DNA from: Chrysomallon squamiferum | Taxonomy: Eukaryota; Animalia; Mollusca | Assembly (NCBI GenBank): GCA_012295275.1 | Contig: CM022669.1 | Span: forward strand, 15,934,001 to 15,998,000 | Direction of reading: 5' to 3' | DNA: 64,000 bases | Shown: in pieces, positions 14,763 to 31,280 of the stretch | Layout of the letters: each line of letters begins with the position of its first letter | How positions within the stretch are numbered: position 1 is the stretch's first letter | Made by a program: the position numbers and the translations under genes | The notes under the pieces: model-generated | Database searches by the model: none | What the model saw: only the letters and a program-made list of their open reading frames with translations | Told to the model about the DNA's origin: nothing

Positions 14763-16300
14763 TATCGCAAAAACGATCCCATTAGCTTTCCTTCTTTTCT
14801 CCTTCTCTACACGTAACCTATGTCTCTCTCTTTCTCTTTTTTTTATATCAAGTTCATTTTCCTTTAGTTCATATTCCTTTCGAAATATCTGCCTTTCGTC
14901 GTACATGTTCATTGATATTCTGGACATCAGACGATTTTCATTAAGAAGTGCAGTAAATTAACCTTAGTGGACTGAATTACTAGATCCTTTATGCGTGACT
15001 TGCACAGTCATATCCAGCCACAAGATAACCTGTACGTCAATTAGTTAACGTGCTATCAGTGACAATCCACTGTAGTTTAAATTGACAGACATTGCCTTGT
15101 GCATTTCAGTGCTGTCCCACCACAGGTAACACGAGAATCCGACAAATTACATTCGTACAGTGATCTATGGGTTTTAATTTGAATAAATCCAGACTTTACG
15201 AGCAGAATTCGACGTTTGTTGACAGTCTTAGTACAGCTGTTTGATGGTGGTAACAAGTAAATCATTATTTGCCATGCGCTACAACAGGGGACAAAAATGC
15301 TGTGACTACCAAAACGCAGGAAAGAAAAAAAAAAAAAAAAAAAAAAAAAGGGGAATCGAAAGGATGTGAGAAGATGCACGAAAACACACGAAGATACAAG
15401 TAGATACGGAACAGCCCGACTCGTCACAATAACACGCATGAAAACGTAACGATCAAACAAAATGTCTGCACAAAACAAATCGCACGGAAACCCACGACTC
15501 GGAGCGACCGAGTCGATGTACGGAAATACGCGACTGATTAATTCTGTCGAAAATTGCACTTAAACTATCGATTTGTAATCATATAAAACCAAGTGATTAC
15601 TGAACAGCATAACATTGAACATAAAAAAAAGTATATAAGAACAATCATATCTATGGATTATGGATATTTTGTGTCTACCTTTTCTTATTTCTTTTATTAT
15701 ATTTAATTCTTTGGGAAATGTTATATCTTTGATACAAATACTTTTGAGAAATGATATTAGGAAAATAACAATAGTCTTATGTCCATTTACAATAAACTAT
15801 TTAGAAGTGGGCATACAATAATTATTATTATTATTATTATTATTATTTAAAGAACGTTTCCATTCTGTAAAGTCATTTGATACCAGTAACTGTCTTCTTA
15901 TCTATGTTTGTTTACTCATGATTGTATTTTTCTTTTTTTTTAAGCCTGTAAATTTTCGTTAATATCATCTATCGTCACAAATAAACTCTCGCGAGAGTAA
16001 TTTTCTTTTGTTGTTCTTTTCAGTATCCTAAAACGGATGTTAATTCATTTTGACCATTTGTAAGACAAAGAAATACACTAAAGACACGGTAAATATCTCT
16101 TTCTCTTCTCTTATATTTTGTGTTTACATTTTTAACTGACCCAATATTTCAGAATATTTCCTTTCTCCCTCTCATCCCTTTTCCCTCCCTCCCTCTTATG
16201 TAAAAACACAAATCAAACAAAACCAAAAATGCCATTTTCTCTCTATTATCATCTGTCTCTCTCGCTCTCTCCTTTTTTCTACGTATCTCTTACAAATATG

Positions 16301-16500
<200 letters not shown>

Positions 16501-17762
16501 AGACTCATACACAAACAGATAGTCTCTCTGTATTTTTCTTTCTTTCTTTCTCTTCTTCCATCTCTCTCGCTCAGGTAAACAGATAACACACATACGTTCT
16601 TCATCTCCGTTCTCTCAATATTCGAGAAACAAAAACAACGAACATGTATTAATTACATCACAACTTTTCTCCTTCTTGTTTAAATAATACATTTTCCGTT
16701 TCTCTTTGTCTTCGCGAGTCCCCATTAAGTTTATATTTCGCACAGACAAATGGAAAGCATTAGAGACCTAAGTGAAAAAAGCAGTAACTCCTTGACAGAC
16801 TAATGCACTTACTCTCGCTGTAGACGTGAACGGGAAACGCGGAGATTTCAGAAGGCACTGAAGCATGCACAGAGTCACGATCCCAATTACTCCATAATGA
16901 CCGCTTTGGTGACGAAATTGTTAAGCCGGGAAACTAAAAGACCAAACAGGTTTGAGTTCGCATCTGGTCTTTGTGGGGGTTCAGTTTAGAGTTAATTTGT
17001 GAAATGTACCAATACTCGACTTTATAATTTTTCTAGTAATAATTTATTGTAATTATTGGCTAATTAATGCGTTTGATAAATAACGAGTGCAATATGTACC
17101 AATTTCTCTGCTTATCTGTTTGTCTTTTTTTATATATTTATGTTTCTCTTTTTAATGTCTTATATCCATCCATACGTCTCTATATTTCTTTTTTATATCA
17201 GCTTCTGAATCTTTCTACGTTGTTTTCTTTATGTCTCTGTATGTTATATATATATATATATGTATATGTATATTGAGATATGTTTCTTCATAGGCAGCCT
17301 TAGTAACTTTATGTCATTCTTCCTTTATGACAATAGTTAGTAATTTATATTAACTGATAGCATTAGAAATATATGTCAATTTTATTATTAAACCTAACCT
17401 AAGATTACATCCGACTATTAGTCTCCTTTTATAATATCCGTATTTCAAAAGCTGGTTAAAAATGTTTTTAAATAAAAAGCATTTACGAACAAGTGAAAAT
17501 AATGCGGTCAAACGGTTATCACAGAAAATCTGATATCTATGGCACTGTCATCAACTTGTGAAAGCTTTTCACGATTTTGAAAGCTGACACCAAACTGATC
17601 AAATATGTTGTGTTTCTTCGAAAACTGATCTTAAATCGTAAAAAACAAAGGGAAAACCTGACGCTTTCCAGAATTGTGAAGATAATTTATATACCCAAGT
17701 GTCATTTGGTCTGAAATTAAAGTCATAAGGGAATCAGGATTTACGTGAATGAGGCCAGTATA

Positions 17763-17903
<141 letters not shown>

Positions 17904-18102
17904 TTATATTACATATAATGTTATAATTTTAAATCTGTTTTCAGTAAAATACCACACAGATAAATCAAGAGTCCATCGCAATGAGTTAATGAAGCGTGTA
18001 ATAAATTCCAGATAATTTGATGTCTTAATGCATCTTTTAGACATTGTGGTAAATGGTCGTATTTCCTTATGGAAATGAAAAACGAGACATCATAAACCAA
18101 AG

Positions 18103-18142
<40 letters not shown>

Positions 18143-18367
18143 GGTGTAATATCGCTAATTACTTTCACAACTTAAATACTTTGTAGCCATTCTTAGAAAC
18201 TGATGGATTGACAAGAAGGATTTGAATACGTACTGCCACGAAACAAAGCATCAAGACTGAATTTTTCTTTAATTGTATATTGCAGAATTATTTTCACTAA
18301 GCAAGGTGAAGACTTTGCTAGCTTTTCTTAAGTTCTGAGTAACTCTGTCTCTCTCACTATTTTGCTA

Positions 18368-18416
18368 TATTTACCTTTGTGCTGGGGTGTCGTTAAACAT
18401 TCACTCATTCATTCAC
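18368..18416 (+). mobile_element. Possible SINE 3' tail remnant
   Basis: TGTGCTGGGGTGTCGTTAAACA followed by (TTCA)n-like repeats and then (CT)n resembles, from memory, the 3' tails of molluscan SINEs. No head or A/B boxes seen. Confidence 0.35.
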
Positions 18417-18427
18417 CTCTCTTTCTC

Positions 18428-18506
<79 letters not shown>

Positions 18507-19089
18507 GTGTGTGTGTATCTGTCTCTCACTCACATATATACTCACTCTGTCTTTCTGTCTATCCATTTATCATCTATTTCTTTTTCAATCTATTTCCCTT
18601 ACTGTCTTTTATCGCCAATGAAACTTAAATCTGCATTCAGATATGGTGGACATCAATAAAATATCCCTCTACATCATCTGCCAGAAGTGTAACATTATTT
18701 TTCCTCGTAATAATTCATGGAAATATTAAATCCTGTTAAAAGCATCAAACACTTAATGCTGCCCATTTTCTTAATTATTGTTAATAATTATGGGTTTCTC
18801 TTTGCAACACGCAAAATCCACAGGAGTCATTTGCAAAATCAATTCTCTACAGCGATTCCGAAACATCTGTCGATAATTTAAGTTCGGAGGCAAACAAGCT
18901 TTACTTTTCCAGAATTCATCATCACTGCAGTCAACCAGTGGTATTAATGATGGAAAGTAATTTTCATTTTTATTTAACGGTGGTCTCTGCTTGAGTTATT
19001 TAAATAATGCATGCGTAGTTCTCTACTGTTATGCGACTTAGCAATGCATATTACCATATCTCTTTATTTTAACAGCCAGTTTTGATTGG

Positions 19090-19130
<41 letters not shown>

Positions 19131-19512
19131 ATTACGTTGAATTTCGTACAAATTACGGACATATGCAAAAAAGTTCAGAAATGTGCATACAGTTACGCAT
19201 GTGTTTCTTTTTAGTGCGCACTTAGCTTGAATTGATTTAATTTGCACTGATATGAGTCTCCGTTTTAGTGAAGAAAATTTAATTGTAATTGCTTGTGCAG
19301 GCAATACCGACCTAGCACCAAACATGATGGATGACATCTCGAACTAGGATAGCATCTGTCACTTAGAAACAGCACAATTTAATTAAATACTGTTAGGTGT
19401 GTTGAAATCTCTAGAGACAGGGTCGCAAGTACTTGATGTCGTTTTTCTTATTATTCGTAGTAGTAACAGTACTTTGTATTTATTATTATTATTATTACTA
19501 TTATTATTATTA

Positions 19513-19547
<35 letters not shown>

Positions 19548-19601
19548 TGTTAGTAGTTGTTATAGCAGTTGTAGTAGTGGCAGTAATATTTTATTATTAT
19601 G

Positions 19602-19645
<44 letters not shown>

Positions 19646-20137
19646 AAGTTGTAGTGGTGGTAGTAATAGAAATAATACAAGCAGTATTAATATAATAAAG
19701 CAGTAGTAGTAGTACTAGTAATAGTAGTAGCAATAGCAGTTGTATTAGAAGCTTTAGTATTAGTAATTGCAGATGTTGTCGTAAAACTGATTAAAAAGTA
19801 AAATAATTATAATTATATATCTGTGTCTGTCGGTGTATCATTAAATAAAAACCAAAGAAAAACAACAGATATTAATGACTAAACCATTATTCTGCTTATC
19901 CGAAAAAATATATATATGTGTATATGTCTCGTGAGTTGATTTCTTATTAAGGCATTTAAAGCTGAGAAGAATTCAAGATAATAAAAATGAAAGAAAAATC
20001 AAAGAAAAAAAGAATTAAGTATGTAAAAAAAAACAAATATATAAAAAATGAAAGAAGAGAAGAAACACATAAAATATTATTATTATTATTTATTTATTTA
20101 TATATTTATTTATTTATTTATTTATTTATTTATTCAT

Positions 20138-20173
<36 letters not shown>

Positions 20174-20837
20174 AATTATTCTATTAGTTTAATTTTTGTA
20201 CAAACTTTCTCGATGGCCGTTATTTCTCTCTCTGTCTTCTTCCCTTGTCCCCTATTCTGGTAATTTACCCATACAATTATAACCAGACAAACACACATGC
20301 AGACATGCACACATACGCACATATTCGATCTTCCATGATCTGCCATTCGCAAAAGCGTTACGCGCCATATTTGTTCGACAAAAATCCGACAGTTTTTGAT
20401 ATTCACAGAAAATCAAAGCTTAACATGGTGCAAAGAAATCACATGCCGTTAGAGCATCTCTTCTCTCTCGCTTGTTTCTCGATAATTTCCGATAAAAGTT
20501 CTGTCAGTTTTCAGTATTCGAAGAGAAAATGTACGACTGCAATAATCTCTGAGAAAGTGTTTTTATCATCGATATTTTCAATATGTTTTGTCTGTGACCG
20601 ACATCTTTCTAACATTTTTTTTTTTTTTTTTTTTTGTGGTGAAATAAAATCGAAAGAAAAAGCAGTAATTAATAGATCCATACGTTTTTATGGATAAAAG
20701 CGAACCACTTTGACAAACTATTAAACAAAAACGATTTTCTTTCTCGAGCAAAAAAAAAAACAAAATGGATATCTTAATATTTATACGTATAAGTTCTGTT
20801 AAAAATGTTCAGTTTTGTTAGTAATTAGTTTATTTGT

Positions 20838-20876
<39 letters not shown>

Positions 20877-22331
20877 TTTTGTTTGTTTACATGTATTTAT
20901 TTGTTTTCTTCTTCTAATTATTGTTTTATATTGTATATTTATTTTCATTAATTTACTTACTCTCTTTTCTTTCTTTTTTTGACGAAAAGTATGCTAGAAA
21001 TGAAACCATTAACAATGGATAAAGTTTATAACTTAGAAAGAAACTGTGAAGAGATCATTAAAGGACTTTAATTTATTTTAATTTAGTTTTTTATTATTAT
21101 TATATTTATTTATTTATTATTTCATTTCTGCTAATTAATATTTAACCACACACACATACAGAGAAAACAATACTTTTTAATTATTATTAAGATCGACGAT
21201 TCACAAAGTCATCATTTAGAATACTGCAAGCAAACAATGCTAATGATGCCGATAGTGGTGGCGGTGGTAATGATGACGGTGATGATGATGTTGACGATTA
21301 TGATCATAATACTTCCAACTCAAAATAATTAACGATAATATCAGTATAAAATTAGGTCTCCTCCTTTTTAAATATGGATTACCCTTTTCAGTTAGAAGAT
21401 AAAGACATTCTTATCGCATACAGAAATACTTACGACGGTCTATTGATGTTAGTTGTAGACTAAATGCAAAGCTAAGGATAAATACTCCTGTTCCGCAGTG
21501 TTCTCTTCATGTCTGATCGTCTATCCATTTACAAACCAAATCTTTATCTAAATTATGATATATCGAAAGAAATGAAAGCATCGTGAGGCGAGACGATAAT
21601 ACTCATTATTTTGAAAAATGACGTCACAGAGAAATAGAGAAAGATTCAGCAACTGATTTGCATATCTTTATTCTTAATTCCCTTTGACTTTGAAAAAAAT
21701 GAAAAAAATCTTAAAAATAAAATTAATGCAGTTCATGTTGCCTTGATTTCAAAAATCGTTCTCAAGACTTTGGTCATTAGCGCTCCATAACTGAGACAGA
21801 ACATGTCATCGTAGGATCTTTCCTACCTATGGAAAAGTGCATAGAAAAATGTTACTAATCGATAAGACAGGCCCCGCAGAGGTAAGTAATGGATTTCCTT
21901 CCTCATAATTTCTTTATACAAAACTATATATTATACACTTCATAATCGTTAGTAATAATAAAACCTGCTGATAAACATTTTTTTTTTGGTTTTTTTTTTT
22001 TTTCGTTAGTTGTTCGTTAGAAAGTATATCAGAGATGGAGATGTCAAAACTTGTCTTTGAAATTGCACTGTAAACGATTTGAAATGTAAATTCGTTATTA
22101 AGTCTTTGTCAGACGTGTCTCGGGGCTGCATACTGAGAAGAAATATTATTTAAAACACAATTATCTTTCTTTTCTTTTTTCTGTTCATTGCCCTGAGAGA
22201 AAATTCTAAATTGTTTGATTTTTGACATCAAGGTCTGACACAAGATGTGACTTGAAGGAAAAATATAAAGCACTAAGGCGATTCTGTGAAAATCGTTTTT
22301 TTTTTTTTTCTTTACCAGACTTTGAGGATAT

Positions 22332-22380
<49 letters not shown>

Positions 22381-22939
22381 ATTATTTTATTACTTTTATT
22401 TATATATATATATCACATTTTCATTTACCTACCTACCACATAATAGAAAATGTTTGAAAATATACGACATTTTCTGCCTATCTGTCTGTCTGTCTGTCTA
22501 TGAATCTGTCTTTTTTATCAGCCATTTCTTTTTATGCTTCTTTCTCTTTAAATATTTGTTCTATTTATTTTTATTTTTATTCTGTTTTTGTTTCCACATT
22601 CTTTTTTTCGCAAGTTGCTCTCCCACTCTTCATTTTAAATTAAATTTTAATAGTTCAATTTTAACAACAAGAGGGTGTGTATAATCTTCTCATTTCACAA
22701 AAAAATATTATATTAACGTACAGTTATAATCGGCCCGCTCACTGCCTTTAATTACAAGTGAACGTTATCAGCACTTTACACTAAAAGCAATTGCTACTAA
22801 ATGAAATGCAGATGAAAATATATAAAGTTTTTCGTTATGTATGTCACTCAAATTATGTATTTAAGTTCAGTATGTCCACCAGTCTCTGAAGATAAAGTAC
22901 CAATTAATTATAATAAATAATTGTTCTTTTAATAATCTA

Positions 22940-23003
<64 letters not shown>

Positions 23004-23309
23004 TAATAAAATGCCGAGAGCAATTTAAATTACGGTAATATTTTTTTTTCTTTCACGTATATGTCTAGCATCAAAAACTCATAAAATACATTTAGTTGCT
23101 ATTTGTTTATTAAATGGTTACAGAAATACTGTATTATAATTTTAGAATTTGCGCTCCCTTTATCTATGGTAATAGTTTGTTCTGAAAAACGAAAGACAAT
23201 CTATATTCATGTCCAACGTTTGCTTTATGTAGGAGTTCTGTCCCCTATGATAGATTGTTTTTTAATTGTTTCATTCGTCTCGGTTTGAAGCTCCTTGTTT
23301 GTATATGTT

Positions 23310-23657
23310 TGTGTGCATGTATGTATGCATGCACGTATGTATGTATGTATGCATGTATGTATGCATGTATGTATGCATATATGTATGTATGTATGTGTGT
23401 ATATATGTATGTATGTATGTATGCATACATACAAAAACGTACATGTACATATGTATGTGTGAAGATATATTTGTGTGTATGTATGTATGCGAGTATTTGT
23501 TTTCTGTGTGACTGTGTTTGTCAGCATGTGTGGCATATGAATGAGAAAGACAGAGACAAGAATTTTGGCGTTCATGTTTTTGTATGGACTGCCTTTCAGT
23601 TTGCATTAGCATTGTGGTCTTTGAATTTACATATAGATCCACACCTACACATTTGCG

Positions 23658-23743
<86 letters not shown>

Positions 23744-23795
23744 TAGATAGATAGATGATAGATAGATAGATAGATAGATATATATAGATAGATAT
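23310..23795. repeat. Compound (TATG)n, (CA)n, (TA)n, (TAGA)n microsatellite region
   Basis: Directly visible. Confidence 0.9.
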
Positions 23796-24399
23796 AATTA
23801 AGTGTGTGCGTGTAGTAGATGTTTATTATACATATGTTCAGCGTATCGGGTTTCACGCGAATGAGGATTTAAGTACGCATTTATGAAAATATTCAAAGTG
23901 TTCAAAGTTCTAATATAACGAGTTATTTTTTTTTTATTAAAAGAAACGTGAATTACTTGAGCGTATTTATGTATTGTATATTCAAAACAAAGCAAATTAG
24001 CAAGCCAATGAAATATAATCAGATAACAATAATACTCAACTCTGTTTTTCATTTCTGTTTAGATTCGAGTTCTGTAATGTAAACCTCGGAGCGACTGCAC
24101 TTAGTCTGTATCCTGTTCACGAACTTGAAAATGCTTTTATGACAGATGTACTGGGTGCTCTTTTCTCACTGTTACTAAATCAGGTAATCTGCTGCTTACG
24201 TCGTGTTCGGAAACACAATCTCAAGGTTATCAACCCCGCAATAACTGGAAGGAGAGAGACGGGGAATGATGGAATTTATAAAAGCAAATCAGCAAATAGC
24301 CAGGAAAACATAATGAGAAGAAGAGGACACATTATACACACACAAATACACACACACACACACATGTATATATATGTATGTATATATGTATATACATAT

Positions 24400-24502
<103 letters not shown>

Positions 24503-25871
24503 CATCTGTTTGTGTATGTATTTATAACAGCCCACAAACTTTCCCAGACACATTAAATCAATGAACAATACAATATTAATGGATACGTTTTTTTTAGGGG
24601 TATTTTTAGGGTTTGTATATTTTTTTTTTACTTTTTTCTTGATCTCTACTTTTTTTGTTAAATGTATTTATGTAATGTAAATTTTAAGATTTTTTTTCTT
24701 CCAGTGATTTTGTCATTATACTATAATGATATATTCATATTTTCTGTCTGCAACAAAATTAGTATTATCTAATGATGTTTACAAGCGCAATATTATAATT
24801 ATTATTATTATTATTTTTTTTTTACTTTATTTTTTTTTATTTTTTATTTTTTTTTATTTTGTTAATGAAGGAGAAAAATCATATTAAGAAATGCTGTACG
24901 TACTTTCAGTACTTCATTTTTTGGTTTTAATGATTATTAGCATCTATATGTACATAAAACTTTAATAATAATAATAATAATAATCATAATAATAATAATA
25001 ATAATAATAAAAGTAATAAAAAAAAAAACCTAATGCATATTACCTAGTCAAAACAAAGACTTCTTGAAAAAAAAAAAGGATAAAAAAAATGAAAAAAATC
25101 CTGATATAATCACTAATGTCTGTGATTAAAAATTCAATATTTAGGTCAAAAGATCGATGTGGTCAGCACGTAAACGAAATAATTAGTTTAATCGAGAGTG
25201 TTTTAGGGTGTCAGGATTAACGTGTATAATTACATTTGATTCTGCTTAGACTGGTTACTAATTGCTTTATTTAATAGGCCAGTCTCACTCAATAGCGTCT
25301 AAGCTGCTAAGGAACAAAGCACACCTATTTTATTAACTAAATTTACCTCACTTTCGTTAATGCGTAAGCACATCTTCACAGACGTTAAATGGCAGTGTTT
25401 CCCTAATAACAAAATAATATTATTTCCTGGCCTACCCAATGCTCCCAGACCACAATGCCATAATAAAGTTCGTCGCAGTGCTTATCTGTTTATGAGGACA
25501 TTTTTGCAAAAGATCTCTGGCTTGCTTGCTGTGAAGAAAATGACAGCATGAGTGTCCTGTGTCTTATATCAAAATAATAATAATAATAATAATACGAAGA
25601 AGAAGAAGAAGAAGAAGAAGAAGAAGAAGAAGAAGAAGAAGAAGAAGAAGAAGAAGAAGAAAAAGAAGAATCTCCTGATTCAAATTCTGATTTCTTGGGC
25701 AATAGCTTTTGTAATATGTCATCATCAGTTATGTCCTCATAATGGAAGACCTTTGCCGCAAAGATTAAGTGGTAATGTGTGTAAGGCTGTTCCTGTTTAA
25801 ATTTAGAAAACTTAGATCATCAAATCTGACAAGTATCGGATAAGTATTCGATTCTGTTTCTCTGCAGTCAC

Positions 25872-25920
<49 letters not shown>

Positions 25921-25956
25921 CATCATCACTTGTTAATGTTATCCTTTCTTTACATT

Positions 25957-26002
<46 letters not shown>

Positions 26003-26438
26003 CTTAAGTTAACAGTTTTATAGGATTTAACTTTTCAAAGATATAACTAGAAAAATACTTCGTTAGATATTTATTTACTTATATATAGCTATATACTTAC
26101 TTACTTACTTACTTACTTAGTCATATATCTACCTACATCTCCAGAAAACTGTAAATCACTTTCTATTCAGCAGGCTTATTAATGATTCACTCTGCTTTGC
26201 TTCGAGAGAAAATTAAATGGAGATATATTTGAAACCCAAACCCTTCCTTTAGTATTTTATTTATACTGCCAAGAACAAAAGACGAACCTCAAAGTGGATG
26301 CTGTAATTTTAATTATTTATAACAGTTTTTCTTGTAATGTGAGTTGTACTGCCCATTACAAAAGACGAGATTCAAATCCAACATACTTATTATACGTATT
26401 TTGAAACTATTTTATTCATTTCGCCACTGCTGCTTTTT

Positions 26439-26470
<32 letters not shown>

Positions 26471-26751
26471 AAGCAATACATCATATAATATGGACTTTTC
26501 TTCATTTTAAAAGAGAGAAGAGAGGGACAGAGAAAAAGAGAGTATGAGAGACAGAGAGAAGAAGAGAGGAAAAAAGAAGGAGACAGAGAGGTATGAGAAG
26601 GAAAGAATGAAAATTAAAACCTGTGATAGACAAACATGTAGTGATAAGCGATACGTGAAAGAATGAAATCAATAGCGTTTATGTTTAAGAGAGAAGGATA
26701 ACTAAAATGAGTAGTGAGATCAAGAGACACAACAAGAAATCAACAGAGAGT

Positions 26752-27161
<410 letters not shown>

Positions 27162-28150
27162 TTTGATTAAATAGATAACAAAGACGGATGTATATAGACA
27201 GATAAGTAGACAGAGAAGAGGCGAACAAAAAGAAAAATAAACAATGAAGAAGAAAGAAAAACGTAGTATCCTCAACAAATGTACATCGAAACAAAAACAG
27301 CAATCGATGTAATCATAAGTCATAGTACCAACGTAATCAGTCCGACATAAAAATGGATATCATACCGGCGAATATTTGCTTCGCATTAAATTTTGCATGT
27401 CCCATTCGTTTGTTATTATTACTTAAATATAACATTTTAACGCAGACATCCTGTTAATGGTATCCGGAAGACTTTTTTTTGTTGTTGTTGTTTTGCAAAT
27501 TAGACTAATTAATATGAAACCCATACCCGTCCACTGGGTGAAAATAAACTACAAAGAGTTAATGAGTTACAACAAACCAGACATCATCATCATTAAAAGG
27601 TCGTAGACAAACACCGTGCAAAGAATCCACTGAACGATACGTCATTAGCTGCGCGTTAATAAGTCAGAAGGAAGGTTTGAAAGCCGTCATATTCCATCCG
27701 ATGTCATGTACATTCAGATTTCCCGAAATTTAATAGTGGTGCGCTAAGTAAGCGGACGCGTGTCTGTTACACGTAAAAACAATACATCATTATTAATTTA
27801 AAGTGATGCGCAAGGAAGTGGTGGAAATTCATTCATTAATCTTATCGTACTGGATGTCAATTACTTGAACATCCTGGTTTATATTTAGTATTTCGCCGTT
27901 ATTATTGTTTTTTTTGTTGTTTTTTTAATTATTATTATTATTTTTTTTTTTTATTTGACATTCCCATAAAAATGAAAAAATAAACTACGTCTTTTCTTAG
28001 GTACATTTTGCAAAAGGAAAAAGTCTGAAATGTGAGAAATCAAAATAGTAAGTGTTCAACATAGTAACAACCGAGCTACTATCCATAGATAGATACAAAG
28101 ATACTTAAAAATAAATGAGTAAATATATAATAGCAATAACAAAAATAACA

Positions 28151-28194
<44 letters not shown>

Positions 28195-28568
28195 AAAGAA
28201 GAAGAAGAAGCAGAAGAAGAAGAGTAAGATAATAATAACAATAATGACGTAGATGAATAATAATAAGAAAAATACGGCAACGGTTATATTGATGATGATA
28301 ATGATTTAAAAAAAAAACGCAATACATTAATAAATAAATAGATAAATTAATTAAATTAAATTAAAGAAAAAATAGCTATTTTTTAACGAAGATGACACAT
28401 CAGTTATAATGAGCTAAATAAAATTAAAGCTTTGTTTTTTTGTCTTGACATGAAGTTGAGCAAAAATCTAATTACGACTTTTGTTTCCTTAGTGCTGGAG
28501 ATCTTATTTCAATTTAATATATTCTTAATCTGTTAATGGTTCTCTTTCTTATATATATATAATATATA

Positions 28569-28975
28569 CAGTGGTACCTCGACTTCCGAGTGCCCAATTT
28601 ACGAGTTTCTGGAGTTACGAGCAGTCGTCCTGTCTATTTTGCTTTGAGTTGCGAGCCAAAATCCAAGTTACGAACTAGCTTCAGAAAAACCGCCGCTAGT
28701 TGGCGCAGCGAACAACACAACATCCCGCATTTTACTGGTAAGCTTCACGTCATTACCTCGCCGTGGAAGCATTTCTGTTATGTTGTGGCCGAGTTTTGTG
28801 CAGTATTTTACCAAATTTCTATTTTTATGGCCATGGATCCTAAGAAAGTGAGTGCAAAGGACAGTGCTGAAAAAAAGAAGCCGATGATGTCTATTGAATT
28901 AAAGCTTGAATTCATAAAAATACATGAGCGAGGTGTGCATATAATCGACTTGGCTAGGCCAGTACGAGCGTAGTA
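28569..28975 (+). mobile_element. 5'-terminal fragment of a Tigger/pogo-family (Tc1/mariner superfamily) DNA transposon
   Basis: TA (28567-28568) is followed by CAGTGGTACCTCGACTT, a pogo/Tigger-type TIR start. There are repeated AGTTACGAG-like subterminal motifs. From 28833, MDPKKVSAKDSAEKKKPMMSIELKLEFIKIHERGVHIIDLAR continues by a +1 frameshift into QYERS, resembling the CENP-B-like N-terminal HTH of Tigger/TIGD1-like transposases. No catalytic domain or right TIR seen. Confidence 0.85.
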
Positions 28976-29140
28976 GTTTATTCACTATCGTTATAGAAAT
29001 TAAAATAGGTCACCATACCAGATTTCTGATAAGAAAGCGAAATATAATCAGTAATATATATATTGTTGATATTAAATATGTAAGTCTGTCTTGTCGATTG
29101 ATATGTATGTATAAGTGTGTGTGTTTGTGTGTGTGTGTGT

Positions 29141-29176
<36 letters not shown>

Positions 29177-29249
29177 CTTTCTTTCTTTATTTTTGTTCAT
29201 ACACACTCATAATCAATTCTAATATTATATACGTGTTTCCCCCCAAAAA

Positions 29250-29329
<80 letters not shown>

Positions 29330-29859
29330 CAAACAAATAAATAAATAATCATTTTGGTTAGTCCACCAAAAGCTTAGAATTTTATCTTTTCGTGTTTGTG
29401 TATAAATGTTTTGTTGTATGAATACATTTATTTATGTCACGATGTAAAAACCTCAGCGCTATCATCCAGTGGTTTTCGACGAATTAAACATCTGCTGTTT
29501 CGTCTGGAATTGTATATTTCATTGTCTGTCAGTGATCAACAAGGGACAGACAGCAACAAATGTCTTATTGATTTACGTAATTTTATTGAAACTGTATACA
29601 CGTGTGTCTGAATGCATGAACCCTTTATGACTTTATGAAGGCGACATTGAATTTCTTGATTATGGTGAATTTGTTGGGTTTTTGTGTTTTTCTTTTGTTG
29701 TTGTTGTTTCTTATTTATTTTGTTTGTTTGTTGTTGTTGTTTGATTTGTTTTTTTATTGTTTGTTGTTAATTTTTTTTCACACTTTACCATAATTCAGGC
29801 AATACTACTGCTACAACATCGACAACAAGTTCACTAATGTCCCTGTTTCTAATTGAATT

Positions 29860-30260
29860 ACAGCTCCTACCACTACTACCATCACAAATTGCAACCACCG
29901 CCTCCATCACCACCATCATCACCATCCCACAACCACCAACTCCATTATCACTATGACAACAACAATCACGACGACAACAATAATCACCTCCATCAGCACC
30001 ACCACCACAATCACTACCACTGTATTAGCACTACCAACGCAACAACCACCGCAATCACAACCACCTCCTGCATCATACTCATCACTACTACTACTGCTAT
30101 ACCATAATCACCACCACCATTCAGCAACCACTACCACTACTACTGCTAATACTGCTGCTGTTACTACCACTAAAATCACTAGCTCCACAACAGTACTATT
30201 ATTATACTTACTATTACTTCTGTTACTATCTCTGTTACTACAACCTTTCCTACTAGTGCA
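29860..30260. repeat. Degenerate (CAC/CAA/CTA)n low-complexity tract
   Basis: Directly visible; source of the His/Thr/Pro-rich spurious ORFs. Confidence 0.85.
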
Positions 30261-31228
30261 ACTTTTGCTACTCCCTGAGTTATTAAATGTTCATAACTGC
30301 AACAGCTGCTGCTACCATTACATCACCTTTTTTTTCTCACTAGCATTACTAATAATCCGCCCAACCCATTAACACCATTTGTCACCATCGCTGCAGTGAT
30401 TCATAAACACGTGAAGCTCGAGTATTTGTGTTTGTGCGTAGGTAAAGAAATTGTTTCTTTATGACTTTCACCTTTTTATTTATAGCTATTATAAAAATTA
30501 AAAAGTTCTGTTGTAGGAGATAGTGTTTGATTCACGAGCTTTTATTCGAAAGGATGCTGCGATGGTTTTGGATATCTTTTTTTTTTTTATATTCCAATAG
30601 CCTCAAGATTGTTTTCTTTAATATCGATTAAAACGCCGCGGAAGTATTGTAAGAATTTGCTTGAGTTGCCGAGTTCTTTGGTCATTGGCCAGCGATCTGT
30701 TCACAGTGTCATTGGTTATTCTCAGCAGCCGACACCCTGGACGAGAGAGTTAAGAAGTTTCGCGACCAGATTTCCAATACATCTTCAAGACAAAGGTTTC
30801 GAGACAAAGTGCCATGTGACAGTTGTCAGGTGCAGTGAAATTACATGGAGATTGCCATTAACTTTCTTCTTCAGTGATATTTCTATAACCAGCTCATTAT
30901 GTGTTCATCAGCCGTCGTCATCAGTTTTGCTACAGTCATCAGATATGCTTCGAGTTCGTGAGGTTATATTTTTATATATTTTTTTAAATCGCTGCTTTAG
31001 CTTCTTTTATGAATAACTGAAAGGGACCGACTTAACGGGAATTCTGGAATTCAAAACTTGTTTTGATTTGCCTGTTTTGTTATTTTTTTTTTTTTTTTGT
31101 ATCTTCCAGAGCTAGTTTGCTTTCAGATTTTAACGTAAGTATTTTCGAATATTATAACGGCGTTGCATACATTTAATTAGTTAGTAAAATATACTTTACG
31201 TTTAATTCTTTATGAATTATTGATCAAG

Positions 31229-31280
<52 letters not shown>

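Noticed and set aside
15495-15515. 8-bp GC-rich hairpin CGACTCGG-AGCGA-CCGAGTCG (Helitron end or terminator?)
   Set aside because: There is no CTRR terminus or U-tract nearby, and such a hairpin is expected by chance in 64 kb.
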